Below are positions 45,696-57,271 of a stretch of DNA of 64,000 bases, piece after piece. The position numbers were made by a program, and so were the translations under genes. Under the pieces are notes generated by a model. The model searched no databases. It was not told the origin of the DNA and saw only the letters and a program-made list of their open reading frames with translations. Within the stretch, counting starts at the first letter, position 1, and every line of letters begins with the position of its first letter. The stretch is taken from assembly GCF_988242995.1 (NCBI RefSeq), contig NZ_OZ547043.1. One strand, written 5' to 3'.

Positions 45696-46751
45696 TTACG
45701 CGCAGATAAAGTCCAGCACGTCCTTCATGCTTCCCTGTTTGTTCATCACGTCAAAGCTTGCGCATTCGGTCTTCTGTTCATAGACCGTATTCATATTTTC
45801 GCGAAGCGTTGTAATACGCTGCACCGCCACATCTAACTGCCGGGTGCCATTAATGGGTTCATAGAAAGCCGCCGCCAGAGAGCGTGGTTGTTCAGTGCCT
45901 TTTTCTGCCAGCGCCCAGGAGGCGTAGGCACGGCTGGCAAAGCTGTTCTGTTTGCCGGTTGGGGAGACTTTAAGTGCGGCTTCTGTAAAGGCGCGCAAGG
46001 TCTGATTAGCTAACGCTTCGTCACCGCCGAGGTTTTCGACCAGCAGATCTTTATCGATGCAGATATAGGTGTAGAACAGCGCAGAACCGAATCCGGTTTC
46101 ACCAAGATGCCCGGCACCGGCATCTTCAGAAGCCTGGCGCAAATCATCAACGGCGGTGAAAAAATCATCTTCGACAATCGTTTCACTGACACCAAATGCA
46201 TGCGCGACCTGGCAGGCGGCTTCAACATTAAATTCGGGTTTATTCGCCAGCATACGACCAAACATAGCGATATCTACCGCCATGCGATCTTTACGTAACA
46301 ACGCGAGATCTTCCTCTTTTGGCGCGCGCTTTTCTTCGGCCAGTTGATGGGCCAGCGCTTTTACGGCGTCAAATTCTGCCGGGCTGATATGGACTAGCTG
46401 TTCAGTTTCGGCGTTAGTGAGCGGATCTTTTGGTTTTTTGTCGTTTTTAGCTTTCCCAAGATAATCCGCAATTTTTGCCGCCCATTCGATGGCTTTTTTC
46501 TCTTCGATGCCTTTCTCAATCAGGATAGTTGCCGCCTCACGCGCAATACGCCCACTGCGAATACCAATATGGCCCGCCAGTGCCTGTTCAAAAAGTGCAG
46601 AAGTGCGCCACGCACGTTTCAGACTTTGTGAGGAAACGCGCAGACGCGTTGCTCCACCCAGTACCACAGTTTTTGGCGCACCGGTGTCATCACGGTTAAG
46701 GTTGGCAGCAGGGTAAGCGGTTAACAAATGAAGCTGAATAAATGTCGTCAT
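45696..46751 (-). CDS. cas7: Cas7e (CasC) Cascade backbone subunit
   Basis: 351-aa ORF; operon position between cse2 and cas5. Confidence 0.85.
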   Translation of the reverse strand: MTTFIQLHLLTAYPAANLNRDDTGAPKTVVLGGATRLRVSSQSLKRAWRTSALFEQALAGHIGIRSGRIAREAATILIEKGIEEKKAIEWAAKIADYLGKAKNDKKPKDPLTNAETEQLVHISPAEFDAVKALAHQLAEEKRAPKEEDLALLRKDRMAVDIAMFGRMLANKPEFNVEAACQVAHAFGVSETIVEDDFFTAVDDLRQASEDAGAGHLGETGFGSALFYTYICIDKDLLVENLGGDEALANQTLRAFTEAALKVSPTGKQNSFASRAYASWALAEKGTEQPRSLAAAFYEPINGTRQLDVAVQRITTLRENMNTVYEQKTECASFDVMNKQGSMKDVLDFICA

Positions 46752-46765
46752 GAGATAGTCCTTTA

Positions 46766-47302
46766 TTAATTTTGTTCGTTATCGGCGTCGCCAGCCTGGT
46801 AATATTCCAGCGCCCAGCGGATACGGATAAATTCTGTTGGCCGCTGCTGGCGGCGGTGATGATTGAGCAGGTCGTCGCTCTCCTGGCACCAGCGGAAAAT
46901 ATCGTCTGCCAAAGAGATAAGATTGACGGAACCATTTAATAATTTGACCGCGCGACGTAACTGACGCAGTAAATCATCAGGCGTTTTTACTGCCGACAGG
47001 CGAGTAAAACGCCCCTCCGACATTACCGCCGCCAGCTGCGCGGCAAAAGGCTGCCGTTCATCAATAGCTTTAACATTGGCGCTAACTGCGGCGACCAGCG
47101 CCAGTGCGGTAAAACGCCACTCTTGTGCTTCAATTTTCCACAAAGTGTGGGTCTGCATCAGCAGAGAACGAAACCCTTCTGACAGACAAACATCATTAAC
47201 CGTTGTGCTACGCCGCAGACTGGCACGATTGCCGCGTTTTTCCTGCAACTCTTCGTGCCATTTACGCAGCGTGGCTTTGTGCTCCTCTTTTACAATACTC
47301 AT
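46766..47302 (-). CDS. cse2: Cse2 (CasB) Cascade small subunit
   Basis: 178-aa ORF; operon position; 4-bp overlap with cse1 stop. Confidence 0.8.
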   Translation of the reverse strand: MSIVKEEHKATLRKWHEELQEKRGNRASLRRSTTVNDVCLSEGFRSLLMQTHTLWKIEAQEWRFTALALVAAVSANVKAIDERQPFAAQLAAVMSEGRFTRLSAVKTPDDLLRQLRRAVKLLNGSVNLISLADDIFRWCQESDDLLNHHRRQQRPTEFIRIRWALEYYQAGDADNEQN

Positions 47303-48867
47303 TCAGCAGCCTCCTGCTTTTTCTCCCTGGCGGCTTTAGCATTTTGCTTCTCCGCCGATGTTGTAAAATATTTCTTGCGCGCGGTCATGACGCGTTTCAA
47401 ATCAACGGGCTCATATGGATTGGTGAAGACACGCTCGTCAAAATCCTGACGCGCGAATAACCAAATTTCCTTTTGCCATTTGCTGAGTAATTCATCCGCA
47501 TCCTGACCTTCTTCAATGTGGCGCACTAACCTCAGGAAGCGATGCTGAGTTTTGTTCCAGAAGTCGATATCCACAAAACTGAAATCACCCCGTGCACCTT
47601 TTGGATCGGAGAACCACGCTTCTTTCAATGCACTCCGTAACAGACTCAGAATCCGTGAAGCCGTTTGCGCAGCCAGCCGCAGCTTCGGTATCTGGCCTTC
47701 TTTTTTATCGAGCAGCAGCGGAAAATGGTGTTCGTACCAACAGCGCGCTTTCATGTTGTCAAAATCATAACCAAATCCCCACAGGCCCACTTTTGCCTGC
47801 TTGAGACTGCTGGCATTAAAGAGTTTCACCACCAGCGCGGGAAGTTCCGTATTGTTTTCTGATTTACCCGTTTCGATAAGGCCTAACCAGTCGCGCCAGA
47901 TTAAACCGCCTGGTTGTGGTTTGACCGAGTAAAACTCGCCGCCCTCTTTAAGGGGTACACGGTAAGGCGTTAAGGGATGCTGCCACATGGCATAATTCGC
48001 GCCGTAATTTTTGGTCGTCATCAGGCTCAGGAGCGCGTCGTTCTGCTCGCCGCAAATATCGCAGTTGCCGACTGTCGTGGTATTAAAATCAATACGAATA
48101 CGCCGCGGCATTCCCCAGTACGCCTGGAGTTTATTAACCTGATCATCGGTTACCACCGCACCGGCCAGTTCGCTGGTACGCGTCGGGCCAAGCCAGGGGA
48201 AAACCAGATCGTCAAATTTTTTGGGTAGCGGTAAGTCGGCTTCGTCCTGCGGCATCACATTGAGCCACAGTTTGCGCCACAAGGGCGTTTGTTGATTGCC
48301 CTGATATTCCTGTAATTCAATCAGAGTGGTCATCGGCCCACCGCCGCGTAAACCGGTGCGGTAGCCTTTACCACCTGACGGCGCATTTAACTGTAGGGAG
48401 AACAGAGCTAACGCAGAACAATGTGGGCAAAGGTATTCCGTTACACCACGCTTGATAAAGTGGTCTTTATTAAACTTCGTTGTTTGAGCGCCGGGAATCT
48501 CAGGCAGTAGCGAAGCGACCTGAACTTTATCTCCTGTGAGCGCCTCGAAATCCTGCATAAATGAAGGGGAATCTGGCCCAAACTGGAAAGCGTGTTCTAA
48601 GGACAGCAATGCTTCCCGTAGCTTTTCAGATTCCAGTCCGTCTTCCCAGATATCATCCCAACGACGATGATCTTTTGGCGCAAAGCTGGTTTGTAGTAGC
48701 CCCAGCAAAAACTGCCATGCCGCTCCCTGGAGATCTGCCCGTGGCGCAGCAATATCGACAACATTTTCATCCGCCAGATCGACAGGCGCCAGTTTGCCTG
48801 TCGTTCCGTCTTTATAACGAACGGGCAACCACGGGGTTGTCAGAAGTGAAAACGAGTTCATACGCAT
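47299..48867 (-). CDS. cse1: Cse1 (CasA) Cascade large subunit
   Basis: 522-aa ORF first downstream of cas3; strongly divergent from the K-12 CasA I recall. Confidence 0.8.
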   Translation of the reverse strand: MRMNSFSLLTTPWLPVRYKDGTTGKLAPVDLADENVVDIAAPRADLQGAAWQFLLGLLQTSFAPKDHRRWDDIWEDGLESEKLREALLSLEHAFQFGPDSPSFMQDFEALTGDKVQVASLLPEIPGAQTTKFNKDHFIKRGVTEYLCPHCSALALFSLQLNAPSGGKGYRTGLRGGGPMTTLIELQEYQGNQQTPLWRKLWLNVMPQDEADLPLPKKFDDLVFPWLGPTRTSELAGAVVTDDQVNKLQAYWGMPRRIRIDFNTTTVGNCDICGEQNDALLSLMTTKNYGANYAMWQHPLTPYRVPLKEGGEFYSVKPQPGGLIWRDWLGLIETGKSENNTELPALVVKLFNASSLKQAKVGLWGFGYDFDNMKARCWYEHHFPLLLDKKEGQIPKLRLAAQTASRILSLLRSALKEAWFSDPKGARGDFSFVDIDFWNKTQHRFLRLVRHIEEGQDADELLSKWQKEIWLFARQDFDERVFTNPYEPVDLKRVMTARKKYFTTSAEKQNAKAAREKKQEAAE

Positions 48868-48958
48868 CCTCTCGTAAAAAAGACCATCCTAGGTCGGTTG
48901 TCCATCATTCCATCCTTTTCGGTGTATCAACTATTCAGAGAGCCCTGTCGCAGGCATC

Positions 48959-51658
48959 TCAACCAACCTTGCCAGTCAATCCTTCCATAGCCGAATACCC
49001 GCAACTTTCGTCATCGGTAACTAAAATCACGTTTGCCATCTCCGGATCTTTCCGCTGTTCAATGCACCACTGCCTGAACGCTTCCCCTTCCAGTAAAGAA
49101 AACTCATCCCGATGTTTTTTCCACCAGCTTCGACGCACTCTGACAACGCTCATTTCCCATGCGTGAGCACCGTTGGCATAAGGCTTCACCACACTGGCAA
49201 TACAGGTAGCCAGCCACAGGGAAACAGACTCCTCCGCCAGACGTGTCGACAGCTTTTCCGGAAGGTAATCGTTGATATTGGCGGCATAGCCAGGCCTGAA
49301 GTTCAGCACAAACTTTTTAGCCATTGCGCGATCGCAGTAATATTTGCCCACTTGCTCCTGCTCGCTGCGGGCAAATCCTTCCGGCATTACCACGTCCTCA
49401 CCGTAGACTGATTCAATAAGAAGGCGGGCTGCGTGTGGCATTTGAATAGCGCCTTGCTCACGCAGTACACGCTGCGTCAGCCAGATTCGTCCATGATCGG
49501 GATAGACATATGCACTGTTACGCATGGCACTGCCGAACCATTCGTCACCTGGAGCGTCGTCCCAGACGGGGGCCAGAATCAGCAATTCAGGAGGGGAACG
49601 CTCGTCTTTTCCGTCACGCTTTAACTGACCATTAATATCGCGGATATGCCGCTGTAATCGCCCCGCTCGCTGGATCAGCAAATCAACAGGGGCCAGGTCG
49701 GAAATCATTTCGTCCATATCGCAATCAACGCTCGACTCTAAGACCTGAGTACAAATGAGGACTTTTCCGGCACGCTGTGAGCTATCTTCTTTACCGAAGC
49801 GTGCCAGCGTTTCCGTTTCAATTCGCTGGCGATCGCTAAAAGCAAAGCGGCTATGAAACAGAGAAAGGCTGGAAGCAGGAATGACGCCGCGGGCAAGCAA
49901 CTGACGATAAACCTTAATAGCGTCATCGACAGAATTCCGGATCCAGGCGATGCATTTCCCCTGACTTACTGCCGATTCGATACGCGCAATACATTCTTGT
50001 TCGCTATGAAGCCAACCCACGCTCACGCTACGCTCAACGTCTTTGCGCGTCGCTACCCGGTGTGAATGCACATCGGATTTCGTAACGTGCGTCAGCCAGG
50101 GGTAATCATCCTTTTCCAGGAACGGAGCTTCTTGCTGGCCCTCTGTACCACGCGCAAAGGCAGCAACGAGTTTGTCGCACTGCTGTTGAGATAACGTGGC
50201 AGAAAGCAAAATGACGCTGTTTCCGCCACGCGCCTGCCGCTCGATCAGCCCTTCAAGAATGCATGACATGTAAGCGTCACAGGCATGGATCTCATCAGCC
50301 AGCAGGATTTTGTTACTCAGTCCCAGAAGCCGCAGATTATTATGTTTGAACGGCATCACAGCCATCATCGCCTGATCCAGCGTGCCGACGCCAATTTCAG
50401 CCAGTAGCGCCTTCTTGTTACTGTCGGCAAACCAGGCCGCACATCCCTGACTGAACGTTTGTTCATCCGGTTCTTCTGACCCGACTAAATCACCGGACCA
50501 GAGTGATTCATTAAAGCGGTCCATTAATGTTCGGGCACTGTGTGCCAGCACCAGGCTGGGGCGGGACTCTGGCGAATAGAAAGCAAGCCAGGTTTTGACC
50601 AGTCGATCGTACATGGCATTGGCCGTTGCCATTGTTGGCAGGCCAAAAAACAAACCCTGCGCTTTACCCGCAGCCATCAACCTGTGCGCCAGGATAAGCG
50701 CCGCTTCCGTTTTACCTGCGCCAGTCACATCTTCCAGAATAAATAACTGTGGCCCTGGCTGGCTGATATCCAGATCCAGCACCTTTTGCTGTAACGGTGT
50801 CGGATTCTCAATAAAAGGAAACAGCGTATTAATTCCGGTGAAAGGCGCGACTTTTGCTTTTAGAGGAAAGACGGTTAAGGCGTTTTGAGCCTGAACTAAA
50901 GTTTTCTGCCAGTAACCTTTATTATCCATTGGGTGTGCGACGCGTGGAAAAAATCGCGTTGACGAACCCGTCCAGTCTGCGAGCACGACGGTTGCAGAGA
51001 TATACCAGGAAAGGTGTTTTATAAGTTCAATGCCCTCATCATCATCCCAGAATGCGGGGATCTCTATGAGCGGAAACAGTGGTTTGATTTCAAGAAGAAA
51101 ATCTCGCGCGGCAGCTTTGTCTTCAGGCAGAAAATTATCCAGTTCATCAATACGGTCAGGCGGGCGACCATGATGCCCGGTAGTTATGGGCATCCACATC
51201 GCTATTACACGTGTAAGTTTGCGGGGAGAGAGTGAAGAGGAAGGAAGTAACTCCTGACATTCACTTAAATAATGATGCCACAACCAGTAGCCCAGCGTTG
51301 AATGAGAGATTTTTTCGTAATTTTTTCTAGCACCTTCCGGAACCCTGAGTTTCGGGTGCAGGTAAAGTTGCTGAAATGAGCGGGCAAATTTACCAGTATC
51401 GTGCCAGCACAACAACCAGGCGAAAAATTGAGCCGCCTGTTCCTTGTCAGAAATCTCTAATTGACGAAAATAGTCAGCCAGTCCGAAGCAATTGCTTTTA
51501 ACCATTAAATAGCCCATCGCGGCTACATCCAGCGAATGCCAGCAAAGAAGGTGATAGTCGTCGCCCCCGTCTTTCTCGCCGCGTCGGGTTTTTCCCCAGA
51601 AATCAAAAAAAGTCACAATATTTTTATCCTTCAGTAAACTTAAAGGATATTTACGCAT
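48959..51658 (-). CDS. cas3: Cas3 nuclease/helicase (HD domain + SF2 helicase)
   Basis: 899-aa ORF; N-terminal HD region (HSLDVA, WHDTGK), helicase motifs GAGKTEAA and DEIH. Confidence 0.93.
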   Translation of the reverse strand: MRKYPLSLLKDKNIVTFFDFWGKTRRGEKDGGDDYHLLCWHSLDVAAMGYLMVKSNCFGLADYFRQLEISDKEQAAQFFAWLLCWHDTGKFARSFQQLYLHPKLRVPEGARKNYEKISHSTLGYWLWHHYLSECQELLPSSSLSPRKLTRVIAMWMPITTGHHGRPPDRIDELDNFLPEDKAAARDFLLEIKPLFPLIEIPAFWDDDEGIELIKHLSWYISATVVLADWTGSSTRFFPRVAHPMDNKGYWQKTLVQAQNALTVFPLKAKVAPFTGINTLFPFIENPTPLQQKVLDLDISQPGPQLFILEDVTGAGKTEAALILAHRLMAAGKAQGLFFGLPTMATANAMYDRLVKTWLAFYSPESRPSLVLAHSARTLMDRFNESLWSGDLVGSEEPDEQTFSQGCAAWFADSNKKALLAEIGVGTLDQAMMAVMPFKHNNLRLLGLSNKILLADEIHACDAYMSCILEGLIERQARGGNSVILLSATLSQQQCDKLVAAFARGTEGQQEAPFLEKDDYPWLTHVTKSDVHSHRVATRKDVERSVSVGWLHSEQECIARIESAVSQGKCIAWIRNSVDDAIKVYRQLLARGVIPASSLSLFHSRFAFSDRQRIETETLARFGKEDSSQRAGKVLICTQVLESSVDCDMDEMISDLAPVDLLIQRAGRLQRHIRDINGQLKRDGKDERSPPELLILAPVWDDAPGDEWFGSAMRNSAYVYPDHGRIWLTQRVLREQGAIQMPHAARLLIESVYGEDVVMPEGFARSEQEQVGKYYCDRAMAKKFVLNFRPGYAANINDYLPEKLSTRLAEESVSLWLATCIASVVKPYANGAHAWEMSVVRVRRSWWKKHRDEFSLLEGEAFRQWCIEQRKDPEMANVILVTDDESCGYSAMEGLTGKVG

Positions 51659-51825
51659 ATATTAAAAATTATCTGTGATATATATCGTTCAATAAAATAT
51701 TTACATTATGAATAATCAAATAATTTTCATCAGTAATATATATGAATAATAAACATAGGCATAATATTCACATAAACAATATAAATTAAAAAAGGGTGCA
51801 GGAGACCAAACCATCACAATTCAAT

Positions 51826-51847
51826 ACGCGGGGTTTTACCCCCGCGT
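51826..51847 (-). other. GC-rich hairpin immediately downstream of hok-like ORF; possible terminator or mRNA 3' fold-back element
   Basis: ACGCGGGG-TTTTAC-CCCCGCGT, 8-bp perfect stem. Confidence 0.35.
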
Positions 51848-51852
51848 GGTGG

Positions 51853-52005
51853 CTACTTCTTCGATTCGTAAGCGAGAACTGCCTTAAACTCCATACCACG
51901 TTCTCTGATACTCAACTCACACAACGAGTCGCCTACCATCAGCGTGAATCCCAGTACTGTACAACACAGTACGATGATTGCCACAAGGGCATATTTTGTC
52001 AGCAT
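51853..52005 (-). CDS. Hok/Gef-family type I toxin (small membrane peptide, HokE-like)
   Basis: 50-codon ORF absent from ORF track: [50 protein letters not shown]; GGGAGG RBS; TM helix plus conserved Cys; resembles Hok peptides from memory. Confidence 0.65.
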   Translation of the reverse strand: MLTKYALVAIIVLCCTVLGFTLMVGDSLCELSIRERGMEFKAVLAYESKK

Positions 52006-52270
52006 GTCTTGCCTCCCTGCAAAGAAGAGACTAACATTCGAATTGCTTAGGTTCGAACGCTGGCCTCAGGTTGATAGAAATATCGCCTGGGGCTTTTGTC
52101 CATCTGGAACCTCGCGAATGCTTAACGCCAGACAGCCTCAAGCACCCAACGCCATTCTATACTTGATAATTCTTCCAGCGGCGTTCACGTTTAAAATCAG
52201 GAATGCTGCTCGCAAAATAAAAACGCCCCCATCTTTTCAGACAGAGACGTTTATTAAGCGGTACGATATT

Positions 52271-53005
52271 TTACCCTTCGTGCAGCCCACATTCCCTTTT
52301 TAAGCCAAAGAAACGCGTTTCTTCTTCCGCCATGCCGGGTTCCCATTTACGGGTTGTATGGGTATCACCGACGGATAAATATCCTTCGTCCCATAATGGA
52401 TGATATTTCAGGCCATGTTTTTGCAGATACTGATATATCGTTCGGTTATCCCAGTCGATAATCGGCAGCACTTTAAATACGCCACGCTGAATTGCCAGCA
52501 CCGGTAAATTGGCGCGACTGCCGGATTGTTCGCGGCGCAGGCCAGCAAACCACGTTTGCGCATTCAGTTCTTTCAGCGCCCGGTTCATCGGTTCGACTTT
52601 GTTGATGTCATTGTACTTTTCAATGCCTTCAACACCCTGCTCCCACAGTTTGCCGTAGCGCGCTTCCTGCCAGGCGGCGCTTTCGGTAGCGCGGTACACT
52701 TTCAGGTTGAGCTTGAGTTTGTCCGTTAACTCGTCAATAAAGCGGTAGGTTTCCGGGAACAGATAACCCGTATCGGTCAGGATCACCGGGATATCCGGGT
52801 GAATCTGATTCACCAGATGCAGGCTCACCGCCGCCTGAATGCCGAAACTGGAAGAAAGTACATATTCACCGGGCAGATTATCCAGCGCCCAGGCAACGCG
52901 GCCTTCAGCATCCAGTTTTTCCAGTTCGGCGTTAGTTTCTGCCAGCGCCAGAATGCGATCTACCTTCGGCAGTTCGTTCAGGGCGTTTAGATCGAGTTTG
53001 GACAT
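52271..53005 (-). CDS. cysH: Phosphoadenosine phosphosulfate (PAPS) reductase
   Basis: ORF 52271..53158; start taken at [14 protein letters not shown] (244 aa); C-terminal ECGLH motif. Confidence 0.95.
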   Translation of the reverse strand: MSKLDLNALNELPKVDRILALAETNAELEKLDAEGRVAWALDNLPGEYVLSSSFGIQAAVSLHLVNQIHPDIPVILTDTGYLFPETYRFIDELTDKLKLNLKVYRATESAAWQEARYGKLWEQGVEGIEKYNDINKVEPMNRALKELNAQTWFAGLRREQSGSRANLPVLAIQRGVFKVLPIIDWDNRTIYQYLQKHGLKYHPLWDEGYLSVGDTHTTRKWEPGMAEEETRFFGLKRECGLHEG

Positions 53006-53026
53006 AGATTCCTCACTGTTTGCCTT

Positions 53027-53062
53027 GCCTGATGCGACGCTCACGCGTCTTATCAGGCCTAC
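53027..53062. repeat. REP (repetitive extragenic palindromic) element between cysI and cysH
   Basis: GCCTGATGCGACGCTCACGCGTCTTATCAGGCCTAC matches the E. coli REP consensus family. Confidence 0.75.
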
Positions 53063-53078
53063 AAGACCGGGCTGATGG

Positions 53079-54791
53079 TTAATCCCACAAATCGCGCGCC
53101 GGATCGAGCACCGGGCGAATGATGCCCGCACGCACCGTAAAGTCGCCGAAGCCTTCACCCGCTTCGCGCTCTTTCGCCCAGCGCCCTATCAGTTCATCAA
53201 GCGACGCCAGGATTTCCGGCTCGGTGATGTTTTCTTTATACATCCGTGGGATACGTGTCCCAATGCGGTTGCCGCCAAGATGCAGGTTGTAGCGACCCGG
53301 CGCTTTACCCACCAGGCCCACTTCCGCCAGCATCGCGCGACCACAACCGTTCGGGCAGCCTGTTACACGCATCACGATATGCTCATCGCTGACACCATGT
53401 TTCGCCATTAAATTATCGATGTTGTCGATAAAAGACGGCAGGAAACGCTCGGCTTCGGCCATCGCCAGCGGGCAAGTCGGGAATGACACGCAGGCCATTG
53501 AGTTTTCACGCTGCGGCGTGACGGCATTCATTAACCCGCTCTCTTTGGCGATCTTCTCGATCTTCGCTTTCTCGCTTTCCGGCACACCGGCGATGATCAG
53601 ATTCTGGTTCGCCGTAATGCGGAAATCACCTTTGTGGATCTTCGCGATCTCCAGCAGGCCAGTTTTCAGCGGACGCCCCGGATAATCAAGGATGCGACCA
53701 TTTTCGATAAACAGCGTCAGGTGCCAGTTATCATCAATGCCCTTAACCCAACCAATACGATCGCCGCGTCCGGTAAACTCATACGGACGGATCGGTTCAA
53801 ATTTGATCCCCGCGCGACGCTCCACTTCCGCTTTAAACGTCTCAACCCCCACGCGCTCCAGCGTGTATTTGGTTTTGGCATTTTTACGATCGGTACGGTT
53901 ACCCCAGTCGCGCTGAGTCGTCACGACGGCTTCTGCCACCGCCAGCGTATGCTCCAGCGGCAGATAACCAAACTCACTCGCCGTGCGGGCGTAGGTTTTC
54001 TTGTTGCCGTGCTCGATGGAAAGCCCACCGCCCACCAGCAGGTTAAAGCCCACCAGCTTGCCGTTTTCGGCGATCGCCACGAAGTTCATGTCGTTGGCGT
54101 GCAGATCGATATCGTTCTGCGGCGGGATCACTACCGTGGTTTTGAATTTACGCGGCAAATAAGTCTGACCGAGGATCGGTTCTTCATCGGTGGTGGCGAC
54201 TTTTTCCTGATCGAGCCAGATCTCCGCATACGCGCGGGTACGCGGCAGCAGATGTTCAGATATTTTCTTCGCCCATTCATAGGATTCCGCGTGCAGCTGC
54301 GACTCGTAAGGGTTCGAGGTACAGAGTACGTTACGGTTCATGTCGTTGGCGGTAGCCAGCGCATCAAGACCGACTGAGTGCAGCATCTGGTGCACCGGTT
54401 TGACGTTCTTTTTCAGAATGCCATGGAACTGGAACGTCTGGCGGTTGGTCAGGCGAATGCTGCCATAAATGGTGTTTTCACCGGCAAATTTATCGATCGC
54501 CTGCCACTGTTTGGTGGTAATCACCCCACCCGGCAGACGACAGCGCAACAGCATTGCATGACGTGGCTCCAGCTTCTGTTCAGCACGTTCAGCGCGGATG
54601 TCGCGGTCATCCTGCTGATACATGCCGTGGAAGCGGATCAGCAGGAAGTTGTCGCCCTTAAAACCACCGGTCAGACCGTCGTTTAAATCTTCCGCAATGG
54701 TGCCGCGCAGGTAGTTGCTTTCAAGCTTCATGCGCTCGGCGTCTGTCAGTTTTCCTTCGACCACTAAAGGCCCTGGATGTTTTTCGCTCAT
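53079..54791 (-). CDS. cysI: Sulfite reductase (NADPH) hemoprotein beta subunit
   Basis: 570-aa ORF; siroheme/Fe-S cysteine cluster region; synteny. Confidence 0.95.
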   Translation of the reverse strand: MSEKHPGPLVVEGKLTDAERMKLESNYLRGTIAEDLNDGLTGGFKGDNFLLIRFHGMYQQDDRDIRAERAEQKLEPRHAMLLRCRLPGGVITTKQWQAIDKFAGENTIYGSIRLTNRQTFQFHGILKKNVKPVHQMLHSVGLDALATANDMNRNVLCTSNPYESQLHAESYEWAKKISEHLLPRTRAYAEIWLDQEKVATTDEEPILGQTYLPRKFKTTVVIPPQNDIDLHANDMNFVAIAENGKLVGFNLLVGGGLSIEHGNKKTYARTASEFGYLPLEHTLAVAEAVVTTQRDWGNRTDRKNAKTKYTLERVGVETFKAEVERRAGIKFEPIRPYEFTGRGDRIGWVKGIDDNWHLTLFIENGRILDYPGRPLKTGLLEIAKIHKGDFRITANQNLIIAGVPESEKAKIEKIAKESGLMNAVTPQRENSMACVSFPTCPLAMAEAERFLPSFIDNIDNLMAKHGVSDEHIVMRVTGCPNGCGRAMLAEVGLVGKAPGRYNLHLGGNRIGTRIPRMYKENITEPEILASLDELIGRWAKEREAGEGFGDFTVRAGIIRPVLDPARDLWD

Positions 54792-56590
54792 TAGTAGACA
54801 TCTCGCTGATAACGGCGCTCTACGCGCAGCTCACTTAAAAATTCATCCGCCGCTTCGGTGTCCATGCCACCAAATTCGGCAATCACTTCCAGAAGTGCCT
54901 GCTCAACGTCTTTCGCCATGCGATTAGCGTCGCCGCAGACATAAATGTGGGCACCGTCATTGATCCAGCGCCACAGCTCCGCGCCCTGTTCGCGCAGTTT
55001 GTCTTGTACATAAACTTTTTCTTTTTGGTCGCGCGACCAGGCAAGATCGATGCGGCTCAATACGCCTTCTTTCACGTAGCGCTGCCACTCCACCTGGTAG
55101 AGGAAATCTTCCGTAAAGTGTGGGTTGCCAAAGAATAGCCAGTTTTTACCCGGCGCTTCGTCGGCAGCACGCTGCTGCATAAAGGCACGGAACGGCGCGA
55201 TGCCGGTGCCAGGGCCAATCATGATCACCGGGGTTTCCGGGTTAGCGGGCAGGCGGAAGTTGTCGTTATGTTCGATAAAGACGCGGACTTCACCCTCTTC
55301 TTCCACACGATCCGCGAGGAAGCTGGAGGCACCACCGGCACGGGCGCGGCCTTCCACGTCGTAACGCACCACACCAACGGTAACGTGCACTTCGTTCTCG
55401 ACTTCCGCCTGCGAGGAGGCGATGGAATACAGGCGCGGGGTCAGCGGGCGCAACAGATTAATCAGCGCTTCGGCATCCAGTTGCGCCGGAGAGAAACGCA
55501 CCATGTCGACAATCGGCGTGGTCGCGGCGTAATGCTGTAACTTCGCTTTATCGCCCACCAGCGGCAGCAGCGTTTCGCTGCGGGTAAGCGTGGCATAGTT
55601 CTCAACAATGTTGGCGGTGTTGACGGTCAGTTCGAAGTGCCACTGTAGCGCTTCGTTCAGCGGCAGGGTTTTGCCGTCAACGGTGACAGTTTCATCGCCT
55701 TTCAGCCACAGCAGTTCGACAAGTTCTTTCACCAGTGCCGGATCGTTCTGATACCAGACGCCCAGCGCGTCACCCGGCTGGTAACGCAGGCCCGAGTCAC
55801 CTAAGTCAATTTCGATATGGCGAACGTCTTTTTCAGAGTTACGCCCGGTAATTTTCTGGTTAACAGAGAGGCTCGCCACCAGCGGCGCGTCTTTGCTGTA
55901 CGGGCTGGTGTGGATTTCATTTACCGCGCCAGTAGCGACGGATTGCGAAGGTGCCGCGACAGGCGCACGCGATTTAAGCGCATCAACCACGCGGGCGCGC
56001 CACTCGCTGGCAGCGGCCTGATATTCAACATCGGCATCGACACGGTCGAGCAGGCGTTCACCGCCCAGTTCCGCCAGCTTACTGTCAAAATCTTTCCCGG
56101 ACTGGCAGAAAAATTCATAAGAGCTATCGCCGAGGCTAAACACGGCAAACGCGGTGTTTTCCAGCTTTGGCGCTTTTTTGGAGAACAGGAACTTATGCAG
56201 CGCGACGGCTTCTTCCGGCGGTTCCCCTTCCCCTTGCGTTGACGTCACCACGATGAGCAGTTTTTCGCTGGCGATTTGTTTGAATTTATAGTCGCCCGCG
56301 TTCACCAGCTTAACGTTCAGTTTTGCCGCTAATAAATCATCGCGTAATGCTTCAGCAACCCGGCGCGCATTGCCGGTTTGCGAAGCGGAGATAATAGTTA
56401 TACCCGGCATTTCTGCGGCGGGCGCTGGCGTCGCTGCAAGCGCAGCAGGCTGCTGGTTGAGCACGCCCCAGAAATAGCCAGAAACCCAGGCAAGCTGGGT
56501 GGGAGTTAAATCGGTCGTGGCCGCCTGAAGGCGTGCCAGTTGCTCCGGGTTCAACGGAAGCAACGCGGAAGGTGGGACCTGTGTCGTCAT
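54791..56590 (-). CDS. cysJ: Sulfite reductase (NADPH) flavoprotein alpha subunit
   Basis: 599-aa ORF with flavodoxin-like and FAD/NADPH-binding regions. Confidence 0.95.
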   Translation of the reverse strand: MTTQVPPSALLPLNPEQLARLQAATTDLTPTQLAWVSGYFWGVLNQQPAALAATPAPAAEMPGITIISASQTGNARRVAEALRDDLLAAKLNVKLVNAGDYKFKQIASEKLLIVVTSTQGEGEPPEEAVALHKFLFSKKAPKLENTAFAVFSLGDSSYEFFCQSGKDFDSKLAELGGERLLDRVDADVEYQAAASEWRARVVDALKSRAPVAAPSQSVATGAVNEIHTSPYSKDAPLVASLSVNQKITGRNSEKDVRHIEIDLGDSGLRYQPGDALGVWYQNDPALVKELVELLWLKGDETVTVDGKTLPLNEALQWHFELTVNTANIVENYATLTRSETLLPLVGDKAKLQHYAATTPIVDMVRFSPAQLDAEALINLLRPLTPRLYSIASSQAEVENEVHVTVGVVRYDVEGRARAGGASSFLADRVEEEGEVRVFIEHNDNFRLPANPETPVIMIGPGTGIAPFRAFMQQRAADEAPGKNWLFFGNPHFTEDFLYQVEWQRYVKEGVLSRIDLAWSRDQKEKVYVQDKLREQGAELWRWINDGAHIYVCGDANRMAKDVEQALLEVIAEFGGMDTEAADEFLSELRVERRYQRDVY

Positions 56591-56905
56591 GCGTCGTTAT
56601 GTTCCAGTAAGCAAAGCTGTTTCTGCGCCCTGTCAGCGCCCATAAAACAGAAGAGAAGGTAAGGTTAACGGGGTGAACGGTGTGGATTAAAGACGGGATA
56701 GCGATAACTAATAACCAAATCGACTAACCTGTTTTAGCAATAGTCTTTAACAACAAAATAGATTAACCAACCCAATGAAAAACAAATGAATTTAGCCAAT
56801 CATTAAGATAAATCAGCGATTTTGCGCAACAAAGTCGTTTTAGATAATGCGAAAAAACAGCCTTTCCGGTACTCTACGGCGGTTTTATCGTCCTGTAGAG
56901 AAATT

Positions 56906-57271
56906 ATGATGTCCACCACGTTATTTAAAGATTTCACCTTCGAAGCCGCTCACCGCTTACCACACGTCCCGGAAGGGCATAAATGTGGTCGCCTGCACGG
57001 ACATTCCTTTATGGTGCGACTGGAAATTACCGGGGAAGTCGATCCGCATACGGGCTGGATTATCGATTTCGCTGAACTGAAAGCGGCATTTAAACCAACC
57101 TATGATCGCCTCGATCACTATTATCTCAATGATATTCCTGGCCTGGAAAACCCGACCAGCGAGGTTTTAGCAAAATGGATTTGGGATCAGGTTAAACCGG
57201 TTGTTCCGCTGTTAAGTGCGGTTATGGTGAAAGAAACCTGCACCGCAGGTTGCATCTATCGCGGCGAATGA
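56906..57271 (+). CDS. queD: 6-carboxy-5,6,7,8-tetrahydropterin synthase
   Basis: ORF 56822..57271; start taken at [19 protein letters not shown] (121 aa); zinc ligands CGRLHGHSF. Confidence 0.9.
   Translation: MMSTTLFKDFTFEAAHRLPHVPEGHKCGRLHGHSFMVRLEITGEVDPHTGWIIDFAELKAAFKPTYDRLDHYYLNDIPGLENPTSEVLAKWIWDQVKPVVPLLSAVMVKETCTAGCIYRGE

Noticed and set aside
53634-54377. 247-aa plus-strand ORF
   Set aside because: Antisense to cysI
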